Source: Vulcanimicrobiota bacterium (GTDB lineage: Bacteria > Vulcanimicrobiota > Vulcanimicrobiia > Vulcanimicrobiales > Vulcanimicrobiaceae). From it: 64,000 nucleotides of DNA. Position 1 is the stretch's first letter, and the number at the start of each line of letters is the position of its first letter. Shown piece after piece: positions 31,503 through 42,500 of this stretch. The translations under genes and the position numbers were made by a program. The stretch is taken from NCBI GenBank assembly GCA_963714015.1, contig OY970223.1, forward strand, positions 2,144,001 through 2,208,000. The letters run 5' to 3'. Under the pieces are notes generated by a model that saw only the letters and a list, made by a program, of their open reading frames with translations, was not told where the DNA came from and did no database searches.

Positions 31503-31580
31503 ATGTTGACCACCTTCGCCGTAGTTGCCGCCATCGTGCTGCTTTTCAGCACGACCAACCCGCCGAGCGGTAACGGCTAA
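31503..31580 (+). CDS. 25-aa peptide with a hydrophobic core and polar tail (MLTTFAVVAAIVLLFSTTNPPSGNG)
   Basis: ATG..TAA in frame, GGGAG plus an AT-rich spacer upstream, GC3-rich codons; ends 9 bp before the HD-GYP gene. Confidence 0.6.
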   Translation: MLTTFAVVAAIVLLFSTTNPPSGNG

Positions 31581-31589
31581 GACAAAGCG

Positions 31590-32561
31590 GTGACCATCTC
31601 GTCCGCAGCTTCGACGCTGAGCAAGCACTTGCGCCGCCTAACCATGCAGGTGATCGATCACTTGAACGATCCGAACCTAATTGGCGACCCGGCGCTCGAA
31701 TCGTCGATCGAACTGATCCTCGACCGGCTCTGCCTCTCCGTACAGCTGGGAAAACCCGTCGGACTAGCCACTTGGGCGGTTCGCGAGGGGCGGCGGCTGG
31801 GCGCCGCGCGGACGCTGGAACTCTCGAATGCCGCCGCGCACGTGATAGCGAGCGAGGTTGCCGCGATACCTACCGATCACGCCAGGCTGCTGGCTTATCT
31901 GGACATTCTGCGGGCGGAGATCCAATCGGCGCTCTCGGCGCTCGATTCGGAGTCGACGGAAGACGGTCCACGAAGCCAGGACGAGGTCGCGCAAGCGCTC
32001 CTCACGATGCTGGCCGAGCGCAACTTGGGAACGAGCGCGCATTCGATGGCGACGAGCGAGTGGGCACGCCGGTTGTGCGCGGCCATGGGCCTGCCGCGTT
32101 CACAGAGCGAGTTTGTGGAGCTGTGCGCAATGCTCCACGACATCGGGCAGGTCGCAACGCCCGATGAGATTTTGTTCAAGCCCGGGCCGCTGACTGCCGA
32201 AGAATGGGAAACCGTTCGCGATCACGCGGCGGCCGGGCAAAGGATCCTCAACAACATTCCTTCGCTTGCGAAGTGCAGCGTCATCGTGCGCGCGCATCAC
32301 GAGCGGTGGGACGGGCTCGGTTACCCGGACGGACTGGCGGGTGAAAATATTCCGTTCGAAGCGCGCCTCGTCGCCGTCGTGGACGCGTTCCACGCGATGA
32401 TTAGCGATCGCCCTTACCGCCGGGCAATCGCGCCGCGCCGAGCCCTCGAAATTTTGGAATCCGGACGCGGTACGCAGTGGGACCCGTACATCGTGGACGC
32501 GATGATCGGACTATTTTCCAACCGGCGGCATCAGCGCACGGCCCAGACACACTCCGCTTAA
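31590..32561 (+). CDS. HD-GYP domain protein with an N-terminal helical domain
   Basis: LHDIG, KPGPLT.EEW, HHERWDGLGYPDGLAG, DRPYR. Confidence 0.92.
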   Translation: MTISSAASTLSKHLRRLTMQVIDHLNDPNLIGDPALESSIELILDRLCLSVQLGKPVGLATWAVREGRRLGAARTLELSNAAAHVIASEVAAIPTDHARLLAYLDILRAEIQSALSALDSESTEDGPRSQDEVAQALLTMLAERNLGTSAHSMATSEWARRLCAAMGLPRSQSEFVELCAMLHDIGQVATPDEILFKPGPLTAEEWETVRDHAAAGQRILNNIPSLAKCSVIVRAHHERWDGLGYPDGLAGENIPFEARLVAVVDAFHAMISDRPYRRAIAPRRALEILESGRGTQWDPYIVDAMIGLFSNRRHQRTAQTHSA

Positions 32562-32585
32562 ACGTTCCCATATCGGGCAGTGGGC

Positions 32586-32615
32586 AAAGGCGCGCTTAGG
32601 GCGCGCCTTTTTTTT
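32586..32615 (+). terminator. Rho-independent terminator
   Basis: AAAGGCGCGC-TTAGG-GCGCGCCTTT followed by a T-run. Confidence 0.85.
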
Positions 32616-32655
32616 GCTATACTTACACGTCGATGTTCTCAAGGAGCCAATCCCG

Positions 32656-33489
32656 ATGATTGACGCTTCGTTCGAAGAGGCAGCCGATGCAATCGTCGGG
32701 GGCGACGAGGAGCTGCTGCGTGGTCTCATTCGCCGCGACGCGAATTTGCCGCGCGCCCGGTCGGCCCGCAGCCACCACGCGACGCTTCTCCATTACACGG
32801 CGGCAAACGGCGTCGAAGATTACCGCCAGAAGACGCCGCCCAATGTTACCGCGATCGCGCAATCGCTGCTGACCGCCGGCGCGCAAGTCGATGCCGTCGC
32901 GGACATCTACGGAGGTTCCACAACGCTCAGCCTCGCGGCAAGCAGCGTGCATCCGCAACGGGCGCGGGTGCAGCTGCCGCTGCTGCAGCTGCTGTTGGAC
33001 CATGGTGCGGCGATCGACGGCGTAGCGGGCAGCGCGACTCCGATTCTTGCGGCGCTGCGAAACGGGCGAGGCGAGGCGGCCCGGTTTCTGGCCGACCGCG
33101 GCGCGGCTTTGGATTTGGAGAGCGCCGCGGGCAGCGGACGCTTGGACCAGGTGCGATCGTTTCTGGCCGCCGGCAATGCCGGCGCAGAACAACGCGCGGC
33201 CGCTCTGGCTTGGGCGTGCGAATACGGATACGTGGACGTGGTCGACGTTCTGCTCGACGCCGGCGGCGATCTCAACGGAAGTTATGGCGGCCACACTCCC
33301 CTGCACTGGGCGGCAATGAATGCCCAAACCGCCGTAGCGGACTTATTGGTCAGACGCGGCGCGTCGGTGCGCAGCCGCAATCGATACGGGGCCACGCCCT
33401 CGGGTCAAGCCCTGTGGTCCGCGGAGCAAGAACGTGCCGCGGACCGCTTTGAAGGGGTCATCGCGCTGCTCGGTGCGGCCGAAGAGTGA
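32656..33489 (+). CDS. Ankyrin repeat protein
   Basis: TLLHY, LLLDHGAAID, LLDAGGDLN, TPLHWAA. Confidence 0.9.
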   Translation: MIDASFEEAADAIVGGDEELLRGLIRRDANLPRARSARSHHATLLHYTAANGVEDYRQKTPPNVTAIAQSLLTAGAQVDAVADIYGGSTTLSLAASSVHPQRARVQLPLLQLLLDHGAAIDGVAGSATPILAALRNGRGEAARFLADRGAALDLESAAGSGRLDQVRSFLAAGNAGAEQRAAALAWACEYGYVDVVDVLLDAGGDLNGSYGGHTPLHWAAMNAQTAVADLLVRRGASVRSRNRYGATPSGQALWSAEQERAADRFEGVIALLGAAEE

Positions 33490-33507
33490 CATACAGTCGT
33501 CACGTCT

Positions 33508-33966
33508 GTGCCGCAAAGTGTCTCCATGAACTACATCATCGGAGCCGGCGCCCTTCTGGAGAGCGGCGTCAACGCCTCGATAACGCCGACGACACTGCAC
33601 GCCCACGTCGATCCGGTCTTGGCACGGACGGTTCAAGCCGCAGCGATTGACTTCGAGTCAGGCAGTCAGGACGCGCTCCGGCGTCTGGTCATCATAACGC
33701 AAGGCTGGAATGCGTCGCGGTTCGGGCGCTGCGTTTCGGATCGTCTGCTGGAGAAACGGGAGTGCACGCTGGCGGACGTGCTGGGTGTACTGGCCCAAGC
33801 TGCCGGTCTGCACGAGGTTCACCTTTTCGCTCATTGGCTTCCGGACCCGGTGACCACGACGGAACTGGCGAACGCCGGCATCGCGCTGATCGCGCACCCG
33901 CTCGAGTCCATAGAAGAAGCTGCGCTCGTCTCGGGGCAGCGCCGCCACTGGTGGCACGCTGCCTAA
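33508..33966 (+). CDS. Hypothetical protein
   Basis: 152-aa ORF within a co-directional gene run. Confidence 0.6.
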   Translation: MPQSVSMNYIIGAGALLESGVNASITPTTLHAHVDPVLARTVQAAAIDFESGSQDALRRLVIITQGWNASRFGRCVSDRLLEKRECTLADVLGVLAQAAGLHEVHLFAHWLPDPVTTTELANAGIALIAHPLESIEEAALVSGQRRHWWHAA

Positions 33967-34023
33967 CGACGGGCACAGCCGGCTCCAAGGGTTCTCGCCG
34001 ACCATCTACCGTAAATGATCGGA

Positions 34024-34698
34024 ATGCAGCCTGCCCGGGTGGCCGTGGTCGACGATGACCGGTACGTGCGCGAAATGCTCGAACTGGGGCTCGCTCGAGA
34101 AGGTTTCGTGGTAAAGACCGCCTCCGACGGAGCGGCCGCACTCGAACTGGTCAAATCGTTCGATCCGGAGATTATCGTCCTGGACATTATGATGCCGAAG
34201 ATCGACGGCGTTACATTGCTCCCGCGGCTGCGTGAAATTACCCAAGCGCCGATTCTGATGCTGACCGCGAAGGGCGAAACGGGCGACAAGGTCGGATCGC
34301 TGGCCGCCGGCGCCGACGACTACCTCGTCAAGCCGTTCGTCTTCGAAGAGCTCATCGCCAGGCTGCAAGCAAAGTTGCGGCGGCCGCAACTGATCGAAGA
34401 CAAGGTGCTGCGCTGGCACGATCTCTCGCTCAATCCCGTAACGCGTGAAGCGTGGCGAGCCCAACGGCCGTTGGATCTGACCCAACGGGAATTCGATCTG
34501 CTCGAGGTCTTCATGCGCGAACCGCGGCGCGTCTTCAGCAAAGATCATCTGCTCGAGCTGGTCTGGGGCCATGACTTCGAAGGCGGACCCAACATCGTCG
34601 AGACGTACATTTCGTATCTGCGCGCGAAGATCGATCGAGTCGACGAGTCCTCGTTCGTGCGGACCGTTCGCGGAGTGGGGTACGGCCTCACGCAATGA
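34024..34698 (+). CDS. OmpR/MprA-family response regulator
   Basis: VVDDD, LDIMMP, LTAK, DDYLVKPF, VETYISYLRAKID, TVRGVGY. Confidence 0.96.
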   Translation: MQPARVAVVDDDRYVREMLELGLAREGFVVKTASDGAAALELVKSFDPEIIVLDIMMPKIDGVTLLPRLREITQAPILMLTAKGETGDKVGSLAAGADDYLVKPFVFEELIARLQAKLRRPQLIEDKVLRWHDLSLNPVTREAWRAQRPLDLTQREFDLLEVFMREPRRVFSKDHLLELVWGHDFEGGPNIVETYISYLRAKIDRVDESSFVRTVRGVGYGLTQ

Positions 34699-36146
34699 GC
34701 GTAAACCCTCGTCAATCGCTTTCATACCGTCTTGCGAAGCTGTACGCCTCAATTTTTGCGGTGACGGTGCTCGTGGTCATCGTGGCGTCCTCGATCGCGC
34801 TGGTCTATCTGCTCGCCGGATTCAGCAACGACATCATCGTCGCCAAACATCAAGAAGCGCGTTTCCTTACAACGCGCTACAAGACCGAAGGACAAACGCT
34901 GGCGCAAGCGGCGCCGCGTCTGGTCGGCGCGCTCAGCGGAATCGGATTTCGCGTTGCGGTTTACGGCGCTTCCGGCAGGTTTCTGGGCGGCGACAAATCC
35001 GTTCATCCCGGTATCTTGGATAGAGCCGTGCGGGGAACGGTCAAACTCCCCGGTCCTCCGGTCGTGATCGAGCATGCGGTGCGCTCGAACAATCCGTCCG
35101 CCGGTTTCAATACCGGCCGAGGGCCGCAAGGAGCGCCGAACGGCGGTCCGCCCTCGCGCGACTGGTGGCGCATTGTGGCTGTCGAGGGCGGTTACGTGAC
35201 GTTCGATGAGTCGCCATGGATCATCTTGATGAATCTGATCCCGTATTGGTGGACTGTTCTGGGAATTGCCGTCGTCGCCGTCGTCGTTTCGTGGCGCGTG
35301 GGCCGGGTCTTTGCGCGGCACGCACTCGCGCCGGTGAACGAGATCACCGGCTCGTTACGAGCTCTGGCGGACGGCGATTATACCCAGCGCCGCTTCGTTA
35401 GCGCCGGCGGAGACGAAATCGGCACACTTACGCAAGCCTACAACGACGCGGCAGCGAGCGTTGCCGCGGCAATGGAACAGCGCCGCAACACGGAAGCGCG
35501 CATGCGGCAGTTTGTCGCAGACGCAGGGCACGAGCTGCGCACGCCGCTGACTGTCATCGCCGGCTACATCGACGTTTTGCGCCGCGGCGCCCTCGACGAG
35601 CCGAAGGTTGCCAAGCAGATTCTCTCGACGATGGCGCTCGAGAAAGAGCACATGCGCACGTTGATCGATCGGCTGATGCGGCTGGCGCGAATGGATTCGG
35701 AGACGCCGCCGCAGGCCGCGCCGATCGACGTACCGGAGCTGCTGCGCGACCAAGTAGACGCCGCGCGGCGGTTGGACGAAGCGCGCCAGATCGATTACAG
35801 CATCGAGGGCGATCCTCAAGTAGTCGCCGATCGGGTCGAGCTCTCCGAAGCGCTTTGGAACGTCATCGAGAACGCGCTCAAGTATGCTCCGGGTGCCCCG
35901 ATTCATCTGCGTGCCTATCGTGAAAACGGCAGTGCCGTGCTCAGCGTTCGTGACGAGGGACCGGGCATGAGCGAATCCGAACGGCTGCACGCCTTTGAAC
36001 GCTTCTATCGCGGCGACGCGCGCGGTGAAATTCCGGGAACGGGGCTCGGGCTTGCCATCGCCAAACGCGCAGTCGACCGCGCCGGCGGCAGCATCGACAT
36101 CGAAAGTTCGCCCGGCTCGGGCACCACCGTCTCGATCAAAATCTGA
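34695..36146 (+). CDS. HAMP sensor histidine kinase
   Basis: Two TMs, HAMP, GHELRTPL, ENALKY, DEGPG, FERFYR, GTGLGL. Confidence 0.95.
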   Translation: MSVNPRQSLSYRLAKLYASIFAVTVLVVIVASSIALVYLLAGFSNDIIVAKHQEARFLTTRYKTEGQTLAQAAPRLVGALSGIGFRVAVYGASGRFLGGDKSVHPGILDRAVRGTVKLPGPPVVIEHAVRSNNPSAGFNTGRGPQGAPNGGPPSRDWWRIVAVEGGYVTFDESPWIILMNLIPYWWTVLGIAVVAVVVSWRVGRVFARHALAPVNEITGSLRALADGDYTQRRFVSAGGDEIGTLTQAYNDAAASVAAAMEQRRNTEARMRQFVADAGHELRTPLTVIAGYIDVLRRGALDEPKVAKQILSTMALEKEHMRTLIDRLMRLARMDSETPPQAAPIDVPELLRDQVDAARRLDEARQIDYSIEGDPQVVADRVELSEALWNVIENALKYAPGAPIHLRAYRENGSAVLSVRDEGPGMSESERLHAFERFYRGDARGEIPGTGLGLAIAKRAVDRAGGSIDIESSPGSGTTVSIKI

Positions 36147-36149
36147 CGC

Positions 36150-37517
36150 GTGGAACTGCGCCGCACGCTGGGATTGCCCGACGTCGCGCTATTCTTCGTT
36201 ATAGCTTGCACGAATCTCCAATGGGTTGCGACGGCGGCCGCTGCCGGACCCGGTTCGCTCCCGGTTTGGATTATCGGATGCGTGGCCATGTTCGTTCCGC
36301 TCTCCGTGTGCGTCATGTATCTCTCGTCGCGCCTTCCGGAAGAGGGCGGTTTGTATGTGTGGAGCAAGGCCGCATTTGGGCCGTTCGCCGGCTTCATCAC
36401 CGGCTGGACGTATTGGTGCTCGAATCTTCCCTACTTTCCCGCGCTGCTCTATTTTACGGCGGGCAACGCGCTTTTCATCGCGGGCGAGAGCGGTAAGCAT
36501 CTCGCCGGATCTCCGGCGTACTACATTGCGGTCTCGCTCGCGGGCTTTACGATCGCTACGGTCGTCAACGTGCTCGGCTGGGACGTCGGAAAATGGCTGA
36601 ATAACGCCGGCGCCGCAGGGCGTTGGATCGTAACGCTGATCCTGATCCTGCTCGGTGCGCTCGCGTGGCGGCAATTCGGTTCGGCGACACCGTTCACGCT
36701 CGAATCGATGCGTCCGGGGCTCGCCCTCAAGGACGTGATTTTTTGGTCGGTGATCGCCTTTGCGTGGGTCGGGCCGGAAGTTATTCCGTTCATGGCGGGC
36801 GAGATCAAGGATCCGCGCCGAACGATTCCGCGCGGTTTGGCTCTCGCCGCGCCCGCAATAGCGGCGATCTACGTTTTAGGAACGGCGGCGCTGCTGACGG
36901 CGCTCCCCGCGGGACGCGTGAGCAACTTGTACGGCGTTATGCAGGCCGTCGAAAACGTCAGCGCTCGTCTCGGAATCCCGGCGCTTGCGCCCATTGCGGC
37001 CGTGCTCATGACGGTCAGCTGTTTGGGGAGCGTCGGCATCTGGCTCGGTGCCGTCGCGCGCATTCCGTTCGTTGCCGGCATCGATCGGTATTTGCCTGAA
37101 GCGTTCGGACGAATGCATCCGCGCTGGAATTCACCCGTGGTCGCGCTGCTTACGCAAGCGGCTGTCTCCGCCGTCTTTATCATCGCCGGTCAGGGCGGTA
37201 CTACCGTCAAGGGCGCTTACGACGTCATGGTGAGCGCAACGGTGCTTATCACGATGGTGCCGTTTCTGTTTTTGTTCGCCGCCGCAATGAAACTGCGCGG
37301 TCACGCCGGGATCGTGCTCGCCGCGCTCGTCGGATTTGCAACGACACTCGGCGCGATGGTTCTTGCGGCGTTTCCGGCCGACGACGAACCGCATAAAACG
37401 CTTGCGGTGGTCAAAGTAGTAGGCCTTACAATTGCAGTGCTTTTCGCGGGGGCTGCATTCTATTTCTACCGGAAGCGGACGGCGTTTGCATCTGATGGGT
37501 CAAAAGCACTAGTGTAA
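36150..37517 (+). CDS. APC-family amino acid permease
   Basis: About 12 TMs; PEEGGLYVW, GEIKDPRRTIPR. Confidence 0.92.
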   Translation: MELRRTLGLPDVALFFVIACTNLQWVATAAAAGPGSLPVWIIGCVAMFVPLSVCVMYLSSRLPEEGGLYVWSKAAFGPFAGFITGWTYWCSNLPYFPALLYFTAGNALFIAGESGKHLAGSPAYYIAVSLAGFTIATVVNVLGWDVGKWLNNAGAAGRWIVTLILILLGALAWRQFGSATPFTLESMRPGLALKDVIFWSVIAFAWVGPEVIPFMAGEIKDPRRTIPRGLALAAPAIAAIYVLGTAALLTALPAGRVSNLYGVMQAVENVSARLGIPALAPIAAVLMTVSCLGSVGIWLGAVARIPFVAGIDRYLPEAFGRMHPRWNSPVVALLTQAAVSAVFIIAGQGGTTVKGAYDVMVSATVLITMVPFLFLFAAAMKLRGHAGIVLAALVGFATTLGAMVLAAFPADDEPHKTLAVVKVVGLTIAVLFAGAAFYFYRKRTAFASDGSKALV

Positions 37518-37561
37518 CGGTGGCGCGGGATAGCGTACTCTGGAACCTAAAGGAGAAACGC

Positions 37562-38479
37562 ATGATCGGCTCTGCCCGGGCTTCGGCAATCGTGTGCGTC
37601 GTCGCTTTTTGCGGCTGCGCGGGCGGCGTCAGAACGCCGCTGCCGTCGACGCTTTTGCTCTCTCAATCGACCGGCTCGGGCGCTGCCGCACCGCACGCAT
37701 CACCTACGGTCTTTATCTCCGTTGCCTCGATCAACGCAATCGAAGCGTTTCCTGGGGGCCAAGCGCATCCGACGGCGCGCGTTCTGAAGTTGACCGGAAT
37801 CGACCGTCCGACGGGCATTGCCGTCGGCGGGTCGGGGATTTTGTTCGTTTACAACACCGGCAACGATACGATTACGGAGTATCCGCCCGATGCGACAAAG
37901 CCCAGTTTCACGCTGAAATTAGCGGCTGCCGTCGGCAACGCCATTGCGGCAGGGAAAGACGACACGCTCTACGTTACGGACGGCGACGGGAATATCGACG
38001 TCTATCCTCCCAAAGCCACGCAGCCGTCGATAATTTTGCAGAATCCGGGCCAAGGCGGCCCCGAGTACGGATTGGGTGACCTTGCCGTAGACGGCTCGAA
38101 GGACATCTTCGTCGTGGGTCACGGCGGCGCGTGCTGCGGCGAGGGCGTCTTTGAGTATCCGGCACAATCACAAAACCCGATATCCGTGCAGAACACCGGC
38201 GGAATGGGCGGCGGGATCGCACTCGACGGTAATGGTGACCTGCTCGTTTCTCCGGGGAGGCCTCGCGGGAACGTCATCCGCGTTATCCATCCCGACGGAA
38301 GCAAATATCGGTTCGCGGCGCCGGAGTTCGCGGTCATGTCGTTCGATCGGAAGGACCAATACCTTTACACTACTTACGGCACCGTTTCCATTATCGACTT
38401 TGCCGCGGAAAAAGTCGTCGGAAGGTTGCCGTACGTTTATGATGCGTACGGCGTAGCCGTACGTCCGGCCGCGTTCTAA
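37562..38479 (+). CDS. Secreted NHL/SBBP-like beta-propeller lipoprotein
   Basis: ATG after AAGGAG; FCGC lipobox-like site; PTGIAV, LAVDGS and IALDGNG blades. Confidence 0.75.
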   Translation: MIGSARASAIVCVVAFCGCAGGVRTPLPSTLLLSQSTGSGAAAPHASPTVFISVASINAIEAFPGGQAHPTARVLKLTGIDRPTGIAVGGSGILFVYNTGNDTITEYPPDATKPSFTLKLAAAVGNAIAAGKDDTLYVTDGDGNIDVYPPKATQPSIILQNPGQGGPEYGLGDLAVDGSKDIFVVGHGGACCGEGVFEYPAQSQNPISVQNTGGMGGGIALDGNGDLLVSPGRPRGNVIRVIHPDGSKYRFAAPEFAVMSFDRKDQYLYTTYGTVSIIDFAAEKVVGRLPYVYDAYGVAVRPAAF

Positions 38480-39415
38480 ATGCGGATGCGTTACACGATC
38501 GTTTTTGCGCTCGGGCTGTTTGCAGCCGGTTGTGCGCGACAGGGACCCGGTCCGCAGTTCATTCCCGAAAACCGGCCCCTTTCCGATGCACGGCTGCTGC
38601 CGGCGCCCGGGCTGAAGATCTTTATCGGCGATTCCTACGACGCGTATGTGGACGTCTTTGGGCCGAAGGGCGGCAGGATCGGTCAAATCTCCGGCGTTTC
38701 GCCCAACGACGTCGCGGTCGACGCTTCGTCGAATCTCTGGGCGACCGACGGCCCGAATTATCGCGTGCTTATGTATCCGCCGCCGTACCAAACCCCGAGC
38801 GTCACGCTCGCCGACACCGCGGGAACGCCGGAAGCGATTGCCGTCGCGACGGCCGGATCGCAAAAGGGATTAGTGGCCGTCGTTTCGCGTTCTACGTCCG
38901 GCTCGGCCGCGCTGCGCTTCTTCGCGCCGGGAAAAACCAACCCGTGCAAGACGCTGGTGCTGCCGGCAGCGCTCTACACTATCACGTTTGACGCGAATGA
39001 CAACCTGTATGGAAGCGGCGATTATCGCGTCGAAGAGATCGGCGGCGGCTGCAAAGCCGCGAAGATCGCGTACCTGAAAACCGGCAATTCGCTCTCTCCC
39101 GGTTCCTTTGTGACGACGCTCACGCCGAGCGGTTCGATTGCCGTACTTTCGGCCGAAGGGGAGTCTTCCGTTATTTACACGTACCGTCCGCCGGTCGACG
39201 GCAACCTGGGCGAGCCCGTTTCGACGACGTCTATTCCGATTTCGGACGCGTTTGCTTTTGCGATTACGGCCGACGGAAAAGACGTTTGGGTCTTGGACGA
39301 CCTCAACAAGCAGGTTGACGAGTTTACGTTCCCGGGGGGCAAAGCCGTTACGAACTTCGCGGGGAACTTTGACTGGTATTCCATCGCGCTGAGCCCGCCG
39401 GTCGTCCCGCACTAG
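38480..39415 (+). CDS. Secreted NHL-like beta-propeller lipoprotein
   Basis: Lipobox AAGC; VAVDASSNLW and FDANDNLY blades. Confidence 0.75.
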   Translation: MRMRYTIVFALGLFAAGCARQGPGPQFIPENRPLSDARLLPAPGLKIFIGDSYDAYVDVFGPKGGRIGQISGVSPNDVAVDASSNLWATDGPNYRVLMYPPPYQTPSVTLADTAGTPEAIAVATAGSQKGLVAVVSRSTSGSAALRFFAPGKTNPCKTLVLPAALYTITFDANDNLYGSGDYRVEEIGGGCKAAKIAYLKTGNSLSPGSFVTTLTPSGSIAVLSAEGESSVIYTYRPPVDGNLGEPVSTTSIPISDAFAFAITADGKDVWVLDDLNKQVDEFTFPGGKAVTNFAGNFDWYSIALSPPVVPH

Positions 39416-39502
39416 CGGTACTCGGCCCCGCGACAAAAATCGCCGGAAAGCAGCGAGCGATTCTCAGGCTCTTCCTAGGCGTATGGTGGTACAAGTAACC
39501 CG

Positions 39503-42500
39503 ATGCGAAGAGTGGCCTCGGGTTTACTTGTATTTCTGCTGCTCGCTGCGGGAGCGCCGGCACTGGCGCAGTCCGACACCGGCGAAATCGATATTGCGGT
39601 TCTGCAAGCGAGCAACAAGACGCCCGTCGTGCTGGCGCGCGTACTGTTGGACGGCCCGGTCATTGCCAGCGAGTTTACCGGTGACAACGGCAAAGTCGCC
39701 TTCACGGACGTCCCGGACGGTATTTACCGCGCGCGGGTCTTCGCCCGCGGTTTCCAAGCCGTAACGTCGGAGAATTTCGAGGTCACGAACGGGAAGGTCG
39801 TCACGATCGCCGTGGCGCTAGCCATTTCCAGCAGCGGGCCCCTCAAAACGATCGCATCGGAGACCGTCAAGTCGACTACGACGATTTCAACCACGACGAT
39901 AGATCAAAACAGCGCCCAGCGCCGCCTTTCCGACACTCTGGCAGACGCGCTTGGAAAACTCTCAGGCGTTACAGTCTCCACGTCCAGCAGCGATAGCGAC
40001 GCGACGCAGACGGTTTCTTTGGAGGGACAGGACGCCAGCCAAACGGCGCTCACGCTCGACGGAATTCCGCTGAACGCGCCGGGTGCAGCCGGAGATTTGC
40101 GCGCCATCGGAAGCGATCTGTTCACGCGATCCTCGGTGTCGTTCGGACCGCAGATCGGCGGCTTGGCGGGCGGCGTGAATTTTTCGACGCTCGAGCCCAC
40201 TCTTTCATGGCAGAGCGAGTTCTCGCTGTCCGCCGGATCGAACGGCAAGAACAACTACTCGTTCGGAGAGAGCGGAAGTCTGGGCAAGCTCGGCATCGCA
40301 GTGATGAAGACGTACCGTTCCACGCCCAGCCTGCTGGACGGCATGACGTTCTTGGACGCAAGCGGTTTGGACTATCCGCACGAAGGCGACAGCAACGCAA
40401 GCGGTTCCATGGTCAAGCTGCGCTATCAGGTCACGCAGGCGCAGACCCTCACGAGCATGTTTCTTCAGAACGTCAATTCGTCCGAACTGGTCTGCGCCCA
40501 GTTTACCGGAGCGGTTCCGTGCGGGTACGGTCCCGACAACGACTACGATACGAAATTCGACGTCTATTCGCTGACCGACAACGCGTTGATCGGGGACACG
40601 CAGCTGCAAGCGGCATTCTTCGGTATGCATAACGCGTCGACGCGCAATCTGCTCGATCGCTACGTCGACGGCGTTGCAGAGCCGACCGGCACGTCGCAGA
40701 CGATGAACGACGACGGTTTTACGCTCAACGCGACGCTTCCGGCCCATCAACGCCATACGATCTCGATCAGCGCGTATTCGACGAATAGCCAAAGCAGCTT
40801 TACGCCGCTCGTCGCACAAGCCGCGCCGTACGTCTTTCCGGTTTCCGGCGCATCCTACGGCGCTGTGACTCTCAACGACACGATTCGCTCCAACACGAAG
40901 CTGCGTTTCAACACGTCGGTGGGACTGAGTCACGCGAGCAATGCCGGCGGATCGGTTTTGGCGGGGCTTTCGACGCAGTGGCAGCCCACCACCAGCGATT
41001 CGCTGGCGTTCTCTTACAACGTGGGCGGCACTGCCGCGCATCCGGGACGCTTCGGGTTGCTGACGGATCCCGACGAACTGCGCTACGACTGCACGGGCGA
41101 GGTCGCATACGGAAACGCTCCGGGCGATCAGCCGGGAGCCAGCTCTTCGACGTCGGCCCGCTTGAGCTACACTCACAAGAGCCGAACGGGACTCGTGAGC
41201 GCCTCGCTGTATCAGCAAGCACAGAACGACGTCGTGCTGCCCACGCAAGTCAACGGCACCGTGCTCGTGAACGAAGGTCTCTTTCCACCGGATTACTTCG
41301 GCCAAGTCGGAACGCAGTTTCAAACGCAGTGCAACTTTCCGGCCAGCTTGAATCCGGCGCAGTACACGTACTTCTCGACACCCATCGGCGGCGTGCGCCG
41401 CGTTTATGAAGGCGGCCAGCTGTCGGCGTTCTACACGCTCGGACAACTGGTCGTCGAACCGTACTACGACGTCCAAGTCGCCAAGGCGCTCAGCGGCGAC
41501 ATTCGGTTGAACAATCCGTACTCGATCACGATACCGGGCGATCAGTTACCTAACGTACCGCTTCGCCGCGCAGGCATCACACTGGATTACAAAGCGCCGC
41601 ATTCCTACTTGGAGTGGCTCGCGGACGCCAATTACACGGGAGCCAACAACCCGCAGAATCTTCCGCCGTATACGACCGTCGACGCAGGCGTGAATCTGCA
41701 TCTCGAGCGCGGCGATCTCACGTTTGCGGGCACGAATCTGTTCAATACGTACGGCGGGGTTTTCTCGGGGCCGCAGTGGGCAGTTCCCTACACCACGCTC
41801 GGCGGCACGCAGATCGCGACGATCGCGCGTCCGAACAGTCCGCGTCAATTCTCCGTGACGTACACGGTGCGCATGGGCAGCGGCATCACCTCTCAGAATA
41901 GTTCGCAGACGCTGCTGGCGCAAAACGGACCGGAGGGCGGCAGACGCGGCGGGCCGGGGCGGTTCTTCCAGCCTTTGCCTGAAAGTCCGCCGGCCGATCC
42001 GTTCGCGCTCAATCAGACACCCCTATGCACCGCCGACGCGCAGAAGATCGCGCAGCCGATCCTCAACGCGCTCAAGGCGTACGTTGCGCAGATCGACGCG
42101 GCAAAGAACTCGTCCGGCTATCCCGATACGATGCCCGCGCCGTCCATCCCGGGCGTGACCGTCGACTATCACGGTTTGAAGTCGACGTATGCACTTTCCA
42201 TTTCGCTCACGCAGACCGCGCAGCTGCGTCCCATCTTCGGGTGCTCGAGCTTCCATATCGCGGATTTGCAGACGGCGCAGCAGCGCAATCTGTACGTTGC
42301 CCCGCAGCAAGGCGGCGGAATGTTCTTCCGGCCTTCGATCGCGTTCATGCCTTCCGTCGGGTTCTACTTCGTGCGCCGTCCCCCGCAGCCGGGCCAGGAG
42401 AGTTTCCGGATGTACAAACTCCCGGCGACTGCGCCGAAGGCGCCTTTTGCCGTGCTGCGCAGTCCCGCATGTACCGCCGATATGCGATCGAGCGCGCAGA

